The position numbers and the translations under genes are program-made. A model generated the notes under the pieces. It saw only the letters and a program-made list of their open reading frames with translations. It searched no databases and was not told the DNA's origin. From assembly GCF_030539355.1 (NCBI RefSeq), contig NZ_JAUNSF010000005.1, forward strand, positions 3,011 through 67,010: a stretch of 64,000 nucleotides of DNA. Direction: 5' to 3'. Position 1 is the first letter of the stretch. Every line of letters begins with the position of its first letter. Source of the stretch: Sutterella sp. (GTDB taxonomy: Bacteria; Pseudomonadota; Gammaproteobacteria; Burkholderiales; Burkholderiaceae_F). Shown one piece after another: positions 18,910-27,341 of the stretch.

Positions 18910-21405
18910 TCAGCGCGAGAGGTCGAAGTCGGGGCGGTAGGTCACCGACGAGACCCCGAGGAGTCCGAGGACCGTGTGGTAGAGCGATTCCTGCGTCACC
19001 TTGCCTCCGGCCCCGGCGGCCCGGCCGCGCAGGCGCTCCATGCGGCCCTCGTCAAGTCCCATGGCATCGGGGAAGCCCTCGCTCATCCAGAGCGCCATCG
19101 GCACCTCGACCTGCTCGGCGGGCCTCATGAGCCAGGGCGCGCCGTGCAGCCACAGTCCCGACTCACCGAGCGACTCGCCGTGGTCGGAGAGGAAGATGAG
19201 CGCGGTGTCGGCGTTGCGGTCGGCCTCGAGCGTGCGGATCATCTCCGCCACCGCACGGTCGGTCGCGCGCACCGAGTTGTCGTAGGCGTTCACGACCGAC
19301 TCGCGGGTGCATCCCGAGAGCGCCGGGTCGAGGCACTCGGGCCCGAACGCCTTCTCGTCGCCAGTCGAGCGCTCGAAGTAGGCCGGCCCGTGCGAGCCCG
19401 TCATGTGGAGAAAGATCACCGTCGGACGGTCCGTCGGGAGGTGCGGGAGCTCGGCGCGGAGTGCCTCGGCAAGTGCGAGGTCGCGGCAGGCGCCGTCCGG
19501 GCAGAGCGATTTCGATGCGCCCTTCCTGAAGCCCTCGACGATCTCCGGGGTCAGCGTGAAGTTCTCGACGCCCGCGCAGGTGCCCTTGCAGCCCGACTGG
19601 TTGTCGATCCAGAGGACATTGGCGCCGGCGCGCGAGAGGAGCGACGGAAGCGACTCCTCGGCGAGGATGCGGGAGCGGTCGTAGTCGCTCCTGCCGATGC
19701 GGCTCATCATGCAGGGGAGCGACACGTCGGTGGACGTTCCGCACGCCTCGACGCGGTCAAAGTGGATGAGGGGAAGCTTCGCGAGCTCCGGCGTGGTCTC
19801 ACGGGCGTAGCCCGAGAGCTGCCAGTTCGCCGAGCGCGTGGTCTCGCCCACGGCCACGACGAGCACCGTCGGGCCCTTGACCGGCACCGTGAGGGCCGGG
19901 GCGGGGTCGACCTGGACGCGCGGCCGGTCGGCGGAGGCCGACTCGTCGGCCACGAACGTCATCGCCGTGCTCCAGAGCACGTTCACCGGGGCGATCTGGT
20001 AGCGCAGGCTCTTGTCGGCGCGCATGGCCCCGGCGAAGGGCTGGAAGTTGAGGCCGATCGCGGCGAGGCCCGCGGCGACGAGGAGGGCGATCCTCAGGGT
20101 GCGGAGGGCGGCGCGGCGGCCGAGGGACGCGAGGGGCTTCACGGGCTTCTGAGCAGCGGCATGGAGCGCGAGAAGCAGCATCGGCAGGAAGGCGGAGGCG
20201 AAGACGAAGGCGGCGCGCGCCGAGAGGTAGCCCGTCGCCTCGCGGGGATCGGTCTCGATGAAGTTCCGCACCATGTCCGGGGTCATCGCGGTGCTGTAGA
20301 GGAAGGCCGAGGCGAAGGCGAGCGCCCCGAGGAGGTTCAATACGGTGAGCACCGCGAGGAAGAGCTTCCTCGGAAGCATCGCCAGAAGCTCGATCAACGC
20401 CGTCGAGAGGCAGGCGAGCGCCGCGAGCGTGAGCCCGGCGAGCATCAGAGAGGACGCGGTGACGCGGCCGCCGTCCGTGAGGAGGTGCCCGATCATCGGG
20501 ACGTCGAGCACGAGAGCCCACCAGAGGCCGTTCACGAGCGGCAGGGCTTTCATGAGCGAGGGACGGGAGGCGTTGCCGGTTTTCCCAAGGGCGAGGAACT
20601 TCGCGGCGAGCCCGCGGCGGTCGATCATGAGCACGTAGACCGCGGCCGAGATGAGCCAGTCGGTGAGGAAGGCCGCGGGGATGTGCGATAGGAAGTGGGC
20701 CCCGGAGAGCATGCGGGCGACGCCGGCGGCGGTGCCGAGCGCGATGGCGAGGGCAAGCATCGCCCTGGCAGCGCGGGGGTGCGTGTCGCGCAGCGCAAAG
20801 AAGACCGGAAGGAGCGCGTAGCCGCTCCCCGCGGCGCCCGAGGGCCAGCACGAGCCGGGGCGCGGCAGGAGCGGGAACGACGGGTCGTTCACTGGCGACG
20901 TGCCCCCGAAGGCCTCGACGTTCCAGGGACAGGCGACGCCGGTGGATTGTTTCAGCCACCAGACGACGGTGACGCAGAGCGCGCCCCCGGCGACCGCCGA
21001 GAGCAGTCTCAGACGCAGGCCGCGGGACCGGGCTGCCTCCTCGAGGTCACCCGCGCGGTCGGCCGCGCGGATCACGCTCTGCAGGTACCAGGCCGCGGCA
21101 CCGACGAGGGCGAAGACGATGCCCGTGAGCACCTTCGGCATCAGGTGGAGCCAGAACTGCATCGCGCCGAAGCCGTGCCAGGGCCAGCCCGAGCCGTCGT
21201 AGAAATTGCGCTCGATCGCGAGGTCAAGCGTGTGCGGCGGATTGAGCCAGAGCCACAGCAGGCACCAGGCGGGGATCACGAACCAGAGAAGCAGGCTCCA
21301 GGGGCGCGGGGCGGGGCCGTCGGCCGCGGGCAGATCAAAGGCGCCGGCGTTCGCGACGGGAATCCGCCTGCGGGCGGCGGCGGCGAGCGAGACGGTGCTC
21401 ATCAC
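18910..21405 (-). CDS. eptA: fusion protein: N-terminal PAP2-like membrane phosphatase domain + EptA/MCR-family phosphoethanolamine-lipid A transferase
   Basis: 831 aa versus about 545 for a typical EptA. C-terminal part: VVAVGETTRSANWQLSGYARETTPELAKL, CGTSTDVSLPCMMS, DNQSGCKGTC, HMTGSHGPAYFERS, LSDHGESLGESGLWLHGAPW. N-terminal about 270 aa: LKQSTGVACPW, CWPSGAAGSGY, ARMLSGAHFLSH (PAP2 C1-C3-like). Start is GTG 21405 or ATG 21402. Confidence 0.9.
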   Translation of the reverse strand: MMSTVSLAAAARRRIPVANAGAFDLPAADGPAPRPWSLLLWFVIPAWCLLWLWLNPPHTLDLAIERNFYDGSGWPWHGFGAMQFWLHLMPKVLTGIVFALVGAAAWYLQSVIRAADRAGDLEEAARSRGLRLRLLSAVAGGALCVTVVWWLKQSTGVACPWNVEAFGGTSPVNDPSFPLLPRPGSCWPSGAAGSGYALLPVFFALRDTHPRAARAMLALAIALGTAAGVARMLSGAHFLSHIPAAFLTDWLISAAVYVLMIDRRGLAAKFLALGKTGNASRPSLMKALPLVNGLWWALVLDVPMIGHLLTDGGRVTASSLMLAGLTLAALACLSTALIELLAMLPRKLFLAVLTVLNLLGALAFASAFLYSTAMTPDMVRNFIETDPREATGYLSARAAFVFASAFLPMLLLALHAAAQKPVKPLASLGRRAALRTLRIALLVAAGLAAIGLNFQPFAGAMRADKSLRYQIAPVNVLWSTAMTFVADESASADRPRVQVDPAPALTVPVKGPTVLVVAVGETTRSANWQLSGYARETTPELAKLPLIHFDRVEACGTSTDVSLPCMMSRIGRSDYDRSRILAEESLPSLLSRAGANVLWIDNQSGCKGTCAGVENFTLTPEIVEGFRKGASKSLCPDGACRDLALAEALRAELPHLPTDRPTVIFLHMTGSHGPAYFERSTGDEKAFGPECLDPALSGCTRESVVNAYDNSVRATDRAVAEMIRTLEADRNADTALIFLSDHGESLGESGLWLHGAPWLMRPAEQVEVPMALWMSEGFPDAMGLDEGRMERLRGRAAGAGGKVTQESLYHTVLGLLGVSSVTYRPDFDLSR

Positions 21406-21554
21406 TTCCTCTCCTTGCCAAGGCCGCGGGCGGGGTTCGCAAGGAGCCAGATGCCGCAGAAGATCAGCGTGACAACCGGGGCGGCGAGAAGGACGAGGAG
21501 CGCGGGGATCGCATCGGCGACTTCGGAGGCATGTGAGACGGTCGTGTTGAGCAT
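21402..21554 (-). CDS. small single-pass membrane protein, translationally coupled to eptA fusion
   Basis: Within ORF 21402..21653. ATG 21554 is preceded by AAGGAG and gives MLNTTVSHASEVADAIPALLVLLAAPVVTLIFCGIWLLANPARGLGKERK (50 aa, one TM). Its stop overlaps the eptA start (TGATG). Confidence 0.5.
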   Translation of the reverse strand: MLNTTVSHASEVADAIPALLVLLAAPVVTLIFCGIWLLANPARGLGKERK

Positions 21555-21669
21555 TTCTGAAAAGCTCCTTGGAAGAGGAAGGAAAGCCCGGGACGGGGAG
21601 ACCGGGGAAACTCCCCTCCGGGCACGCTCCGGATCTTCCCGCCCGTCCGTCAACCGCCCGTCAGAAGGG

Positions 21670-21689
21670 CGTCAAAGGGTCGTCAAAGG
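21670..21689. promoter_or_regulatory. direct repeat CGTCAAAGG-N2-CGTCAAAGG (candidate OmpR-family response-regulator box)
   Basis: Exact 9-mers at 21670-21678 and 21681-21689, period 11 bp. Lies in the divergent intergenic region between the small-ORF/eptA operon and the RR-HK operon. Confidence 0.45.
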
Positions 21690-21819
21690 CGCTGACGCGC
21701 GGCAGGGGGACGGCGGTTTTCCTGTTCCCGGGCCTCTCGCGCGTCTTTCCCTGCGGACCGGCCTCCGGCCGCGGGCATAGACTTCTCCCTGTCTCAAGTC
21801 ATTCCTTTCGTCTCCTGCC

Positions 21820-22503
21820 ATGGCTCTCCGTCTTCTTGTCGTCGATGACAACGCGGACATCCGCGAAAACCTGCGTGACTATCTCGAACTGCGCGGCTAC
21901 GCCGTCTCGACCGCCGCCGATGCGCTCACCGCGGGGCACCTGCTAGAGACCGAGGGCGCGGACCTCGTGATTCTCGACATAGGGCTCCCGGGCGTGGACG
22001 GCATGACCTTCTGCCGCGAGCTGCGCCGCGGGCGCGATCAGACGCCTGTGCTGATGCTCACGGCGCGCGACACGGTGGACGACCGCGTCGAGGGACTCAC
22101 GGCCGGGGCGGACGACTACCTCGTGAAGCCCTTCGCGCTCCGCGAGCTCGCCGCGCGCGTGGAGGCGCTCCTGAGACGCGCGCACCGCGGCGACACGGAG
22201 AAGCTTGTGCTGGGCGGCCTGGTGCTCGACCTCTCCGCGATGAGCGTCACGCGGGACGGCGAGCCCGTGAAGGTGAACCCGACGGGGCTCAGGATCCTGC
22301 GCGTTCTCATGGAGGCGAGCCCGAGGATCGTGAGCCGTGCCGAGCTCGAGAACCGTATCTGGGGCGACGAGCCGCCCGCGTCGGACAGCCTGCGCTCGAA
22401 CCTGCACCTTGTGCGGCAGGCCGTGGACCGTCCCTTCGGGCGGCCGATGATCCAGACGCACCCGGGCTACGGCTGGTCGATCCGCGAGCCTGGGGAGGCC
22501 TGA
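21820..22503 (+). CDS. OmpR/PhoB-family response regulator
   Basis: 227 aa. Receiver domain LRLLVVDDNADIRENL..DLVILDIGLPGVDG..LMLTARD and a winged-helix C-terminus (..LEASPRIVSRAELENRIWG..). Confidence 0.92.
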   Translation: MALRLLVVDDNADIRENLRDYLELRGYAVSTAADALTAGHLLETEGADLVILDIGLPGVDGMTFCRELRRGRDQTPVLMLTARDTVDDRVEGLTAGADDYLVKPFALRELAARVEALLRRAHRGDTEKLVLGGLVLDLSAMSVTRDGEPVKVNPTGLRILRVLMEASPRIVSRAELENRIWGDEPPASDSLRSNLHLVRQAVDRPFGRPMIQTHPGYGWSIREPGEA

Positions 22504-22505
22504 TC

Positions 22506-23834
22506 ATGAGCGGCGCTTCACACCGCCCCGCCAGAGGGCTTTCGCAGCGCATCGCGCTCGCCTTTGCGCTCCTCCTCGCGCTCGTCGCCTCGCTCTATGC
22601 GATCGCCGTGATCAGCGCGATCGGCTTCACCGAGCGCGAGCTTCTCACGGCGATGCTCGAGGACGAGCTCACGAACGCGACTGCGGCCTTGAGCCGCGGC
22701 GAGATGCCGCGCGAGACGCCGTCGCTGAAGATTTACGGCGACGCCGCCGGTCTCGCCCCGGTCCCGGCCGCGTTCCGCTCGGCGCCCCGGGGGTTCTCGG
22801 AAATCACCGAGTCCCCGGCGGTCTTCATTCTGCGGGGCGTTGCCGCTGACGGCGCAACAATCATGGTCGTGCGCGATCAGGAGGCGTTCGAGGAGAAGGA
22901 GACGCAGATTTTCATCCTGATCGGCATATCGATTCTCGTGGTGGTGGGCCTCGGCGGGCTCGCCGGGACACTGCTTTCGCGCCGCGTGATGCGGCCTGTG
23001 GAGGAGCTCTCTAGGGCCGTCCGGCGCACGGCGGAGGCGCCGCGCTGGGAACCGCTCCCGGCGGAGCTGCAGACCCGCGACGAGGTGGGCGAGCTCGCCC
23101 GCATCTGCAGCGAGGCGATGCGGCGTCTGAGTTCCGCGCTCAAGCGCGAGCGTGCCTTCACGGGCGACGTGAGCCACGAGCTCAGAACGCCGCTCACGGT
23201 GATCGAGACCGGCGTCGAGCTTCTCTCGATGACTCAGATGAACGAGCGCCAGCAGGCGCAGCTCGCCCGCATCGAGCGCGCGGCGACCGAGATGAGGGCG
23301 CTCCTCGAGCTCTTCCTCGAGTTTGCGCGCACCTCGGGGCGCCCCGGCGAGGACGCCCCGGACACGGTCACGGGCATCATCCGCCGCGCCGAATATGTGT
23401 GGCGCCCCTTCGCCGAGGAAAAGGGACTCGAACTGGTGGTGAAAAAAAGCGGGAAATGTCCGGGGGATTATTCGCCGGGCATGCTCGGCATTGTCATCGC
23501 GAATCTCCTTAAAAATGCCGTCACCTACACCGATTCGGGTTCGGTCACGGTCGAGGAGACGCCGACGGGCGTCATTGTCTCGGACACGGGGACGCCCATT
23601 CCGGAGGCCGACCGCGAGCGGATCTTCCTCGCCTTCGAGCGCGGCGCCGACGCGAAGGCCGGAAAGGGCGCCGGGCTAGGACTCTCCATCGTCCGGCGCG
23701 TCTCGGCCCGCATGGGCTGGACCGTCGCGCTCGCGCCGGCCCGGGCCGGCGGGGGGAACAGCTTCGAGCTCACGCTCGTCACGGGCCGGGGGCGGCTGCG
23801 CGCCGACGAGGCGCCGGCCGCGGAAGGCTGCTGA
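22506..23834 (+). CDS. sensor histidine kinase (two TM, HAMP, HisKA, HATPase_c)
   Basis: 442 aa. H-box FTGDVSHELRTPLTVI, N-box IANLLKNAVTY, G-boxes DTGTPIP..GLGLSIV. Starts 3 nt after the RR stop. Confidence 0.9.
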   Translation: MSGASHRPARGLSQRIALAFALLLALVASLYAIAVISAIGFTERELLTAMLEDELTNATAALSRGEMPRETPSLKIYGDAAGLAPVPAAFRSAPRGFSEITESPAVFILRGVAADGATIMVVRDQEAFEEKETQIFILIGISILVVVGLGGLAGTLLSRRVMRPVEELSRAVRRTAEAPRWEPLPAELQTRDEVGELARICSEAMRRLSSALKRERAFTGDVSHELRTPLTVIETGVELLSMTQMNERQQAQLARIERAATEMRALLELFLEFARTSGRPGEDAPDTVTGIIRRAEYVWRPFAEEKGLELVVKKSGKCPGDYSPGMLGIVIANLLKNAVTYTDSGSVTVEETPTGVIVSDTGTPIPEADRERIFLAFERGADAKAGKGAGLGLSIVRRVSARMGWTVALAPARAGGGNSFELTLVTGRGRLRADEAPAAEGC

Positions 23835-23855
23835 GCCGGTCGTTCAGTTGTGGAT

Positions 23856-23886
23856 CCGCTCCGGTGAAGCGGGGGCACCGGAGCGG
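23856..23886 (+). terminator. GC-rich hairpin after HK gene (no U-run)
   Basis: Perfect 11-bp stem CCGCTCCGGTG / CACCGGAGCGG with a 9-nt loop, 22 nt after the stop. No T tract follows, so terminator function is uncertain. Confidence 0.4.
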
Positions 23887-24221
23887 TCTGTGATACGTCC
23901 AATAACGTCCCGGTTATTAAAAGAATTTGTCATAAATTCTTAACCTTTCGGTCATGCGTGATTAGGCCGAAGGTGCTCGATTACGAATCGAGGAAGGGAA
24001 AAAAACGTAGCCTCTTCCCGACAGCGCCACTTCGTCGTAGAGCTTCGAGGTGGCGATTTTTTTGTGCTTCGAAAATCCGCGCCATTTCCCCCGCGGGGCT
24101 GATCTCCGGGGAAGACCTCCCGCGGCGCCTCCGCCGCAGTGCGGAAGGGCGCGCTCCTGACTGCAGGAAGCGCGCCCCTCTGAGGGTCGCTCAAGTCGTT
24201 TTAAAACGAACCGCTCGGGTC

Positions 24222-27200
24222 TCAGGCGGCTTTGCCGTGCCCGAGGAGGCCGCGCAGCTTCGTGAGCATGTGCTCGAGGACCGAGTAGTAGATCGGCGTG
24301 AACATGATGCCGATGATGCTCGCGAGCAGCATGCCGGCGAAGGTCGTCACGCCGATCGCGACGCGGCTCGCCGAGCCCGCGCCCGTGGCGAAGACCATCG
24401 GCAGCACGCCGAAGATGAAGGACCAGGCGGTCATCATCACGGCGCGGAAGCGCTGGCCGGCGCCGGCCAGAGCCGCCTCGTCGGGCGAGAGGCCGCCCTC
24501 GCGCTTCACCTTCGAGAACTCCACCATCAGGATGGCGCTCTTGGCTGACAAGCCGATCAGCATCACGAGTCCGAGCTGGGCGTAGATCGAGAGCTCGAGG
24601 CCGGCGACCTCGAGGCCGATCAGGCCGCCCGCGATCGCGAAGATCACCGATAGCATCACCGAGACGGGCATCACCCAGCTCTCGTACTGCGCGACGAGGA
24701 AGAGGTAGGCGAAGAGGAAGGCGAGCCCCGTGAAGAGCACGATGCGGCCCGAGTTCTCCACCTGCTGGCGGCTCATGCCGGTCCACTCGATCGTGTAGCC
24801 GTCGGGAAGCTTCATCGACTCGATCTGGGCGAGCACCTCGCCCTCGTTGGCGCCCTCGGCGCACTGGATGTTGATCGAGGCCGAGCGCATCTTGTTGAAG
24901 CGCGAGAGCTCGCGCGCGCCCGTCTCCCAGCTGACCGTGCCGATCGCGGAGAGCGGCACGAGGTTGCCGGCGGAGTTGATGACGGTGATCTCCTCGATCT
25001 CCTTCGGCGTCGCGCGGTACCCGGGCTCGGCCTGCATGATCACCTCGTAGTTGTTGTTCTCGAGCGTGAAGTCATTGATGTAGTAGGAGGCGAGCGCATC
25101 CTGGAGCGCCGAGTAGGCGTCGGACGGCGTGACGCCGAGGAGCTCGGCCTTCCCGCGGTCAAGCGTGAAGCGCAGCTGCACGGTGTCCGCGCGGAAGCTC
25201 GTCATCGCCGAGCGCACCGTGGGCATGGTGAGGAACTCGGCGTTAAGTTCCTCCGCGGTCTTCGCGAGCTCGGCGGGCGAGGCGCCCGACGTGGAGCAGA
25301 GCTCGAAGGAGACGCCGCCCATGGCGCCGAGGCCCATCAGCGCCGGGGGCGAGAAGGCGGTCACCTCCGCGGCGGCCATGTCCGCGGTCTCGTTGTTGAT
25401 GCGGGTCATGATCGCCTGGAGCGACTTCTCGGGCGTCGTGCGCTCGTCCCACGGATCGAGGTCCGTGATGCACATCGCGACGTTCTCGCCCGAACCCGAC
25501 ATCATCGACTGGCCGGACATCGTCATCGTGGACTTGACGCCCGGGATAGCCGCGATCTTCTCGCGCATCTCGGCCATCGCCTTCTCGGTGCGCGCCTGCG
25601 CGGTGCCCGGGGCGAGCTCCATGTTGACGAACATCATGCCCTTGTCCTCGGCCGGGATGAAGGAGGCGGGAATGGTCTGGTAGAGGAAGACGATGCCCGC
25701 GACGACGGCGGCGAGCGAGAGCATCGAGAGGGTCTTCACCCTGAGAAGCGCGCGGACGCCGCCGAGATAGCGGTTCTTGAGCCAGTCGAGCGCCCCCTCG
25801 GCCGCGCGCAGGATGAGGCCGCGCTCCGCGCCGGCGTGACGGCGCAGCACGAGCGCGCAGAGCGCCGGCGAGAGCGTGAGGGCGACCACGGTCGAGAGCG
25901 AGAGCGAAATGCACATGCTCGCCGCGAACTGCTTGTAGATCTCGCCCGTCATGCCGGAGTAGAAGAGGAGCGGCGCGTAGCAGGCGACCGTCACGAGGGT
26001 CGTCGCGATCACGGCGCCCGTGATCTCCTTCATGCTCTCGAGCGCCGCCTCGCGGGGCTCCATCCCCTCGTCAATGAGGCGCTGGGTGTTTTCCACCACC
26101 ACGATCGCGTCGTCGACGAGCGAGCCGATCACGAGGATGAGGCCGAACATCGTGAGCGTGTTGATCGAGAAGCCGATCAGGTAGAGCGCGGCGAAGGTGC
26201 CGAGCAGCGACACCGGAATGGCGGTCGCCGGAACGAGCGTCGCGCGCCAGTCGCCGAGGAAGAGCCAGGTGACGCCGATCACGAGGACGAGGGCCGAGAT
26301 GAGCGTCGTGACCATCTCCTCCATCGAGACCTGGATGAAGAGCGTGGGGTCGTAGCCGAAGATGTAGGAGACGCCCTCGGGGAAGCGGGGCTCCCAGCGC
26401 TTGAGCTCCTCCTTCACGCGGTTCATGGTCGCCATGGCGTTCGCGTCCGGCGCGCGGTAGAGGCCGAGGCCCACGGATTCCTTGCCGTTGTGAAGCGTCT
26501 TGCCCGCATAGGATTCGGAGCCGATCTCGACCCTCGCCACGTCACGGAGCTTCACCTGCCGGCCCGTCTCGGGCTCGGTTCTCACGACGATGTCGCCGAA
26601 CTCCTCGGCGGTCGTGAGGCGGCCGGTGACATTGAGCTTGTAGTAGAGCCACTCGCTCGAGCCCTCGGCGCCGACCGAGCCCGCGGCGGCGGCGAGGTTC
26701 GAGGCCTCGACCGCGGTCTGCACGTCGGAGGCGGAGAGTCCGAGGCCCGCGAGCCTCGCCGGGTCGAGCCAGATGCGCATCGCGGTCCAGCGGTTGCTCA
26801 TGAGTTCCGCCGATGAGACGCCCTCGACGCGGGCAATCGCGTCCTTGAGCGTGTTGTTCACGTAGTTGACGAGCCCGGCGTTGTCGAGCTTCGAGCCGTC
26901 CGTGAGGAAGGCGATCATGCCGAGGTTGTCCGAGCCGCGCTTCGTCACCGAGACGCCCGTGCGGGTGACCTCGCTCGGAAGCTGCGCCTCGGCGCGCTTC
27001 ACCGCGTTCTGCAGATTGACGAGCGCGATGTCGCTGTCGGTTCCCGTGTTGAAGGTGACCGAGCAGCTGTAGGAGCCGTCGTTCGAACTCGTCGAGGAGA
27101 AGTAGAGCAGGTCCTCGACGCCGTTGATCTCGTCCTCGAGCGGCATGCCGACGGTCTGCTCGACCACGTCCGCGCTCGCGCCCGCGTAGGAGGCCGACAC

Positions 27201-27335
27201 GTGGATGGTCGGGGGCGAGATGTTCGGGTACTCCTCGACGGGGAGGTTCATGAGGCCGATCACGCCCGCGAGCGTGATCACGATGTTCACGACCGCGGCG
27301 AGCCTCGGCCGGAGAATGAAGATGCGGGAGAACAT
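24222..27335 (-). CDS. RND multidrug efflux permease (AcrB/HAE1 family)
   Basis: 1037 aa starting MFSRIFILRPRLAAVVNIVITLAGVIGLMNLPVEEYPNISPPTI. 12-TM architecture with two large periplasmic loops. Confidence 0.95.
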   Translation of the reverse strand: MFSRIFILRPRLAAVVNIVITLAGVIGLMNLPVEEYPNISPPTIHVSASYAGASADVVEQTVGMPLEDEINGVEDLLYFSSTSSNDGSYSCSVTFNTGTDSDIALVNLQNAVKRAEAQLPSEVTRTGVSVTKRGSDNLGMIAFLTDGSKLDNAGLVNYVNNTLKDAIARVEGVSSAELMSNRWTAMRIWLDPARLAGLGLSASDVQTAVEASNLAAAAGSVGAEGSSEWLYYKLNVTGRLTTAEEFGDIVVRTEPETGRQVKLRDVARVEIGSESYAGKTLHNGKESVGLGLYRAPDANAMATMNRVKEELKRWEPRFPEGVSYIFGYDPTLFIQVSMEEMVTTLISALVLVIGVTWLFLGDWRATLVPATAIPVSLLGTFAALYLIGFSINTLTMFGLILVIGSLVDDAIVVVENTQRLIDEGMEPREAALESMKEITGAVIATTLVTVACYAPLLFYSGMTGEIYKQFAASMCISLSLSTVVALTLSPALCALVLRRHAGAERGLILRAAEGALDWLKNRYLGGVRALLRVKTLSMLSLAAVVAGIVFLYQTIPASFIPAEDKGMMFVNMELAPGTAQARTEKAMAEMREKIAAIPGVKSTMTMSGQSMMSGSGENVAMCITDLDPWDERTTPEKSLQAIMTRINNETADMAAAEVTAFSPPALMGLGAMGGVSFELCSTSGASPAELAKTAEELNAEFLTMPTVRSAMTSFRADTVQLRFTLDRGKAELLGVTPSDAYSALQDALASYYINDFTLENNNYEVIMQAEPGYRATPKEIEEITVINSAGNLVPLSAIGTVSWETGARELSRFNKMRSASINIQCAEGANEGEVLAQIESMKLPDGYTIEWTGMSRQQVENSGRIVLFTGLAFLFAYLFLVAQYESWVMPVSVMLSVIFAIAGGLIGLEVAGLELSIYAQLGLVMLIGLSAKSAILMVEFSKVKREGGLSPDEAALAGAGQRFRAVMMTAWSFIFGVLPMVFATGAGSASRVAIGVTTFAGMLLASIIGIMFTPIYYSVLEHMLTKLRGLLGHGKAA

Positions 27336-27341
27336 GGCGCT

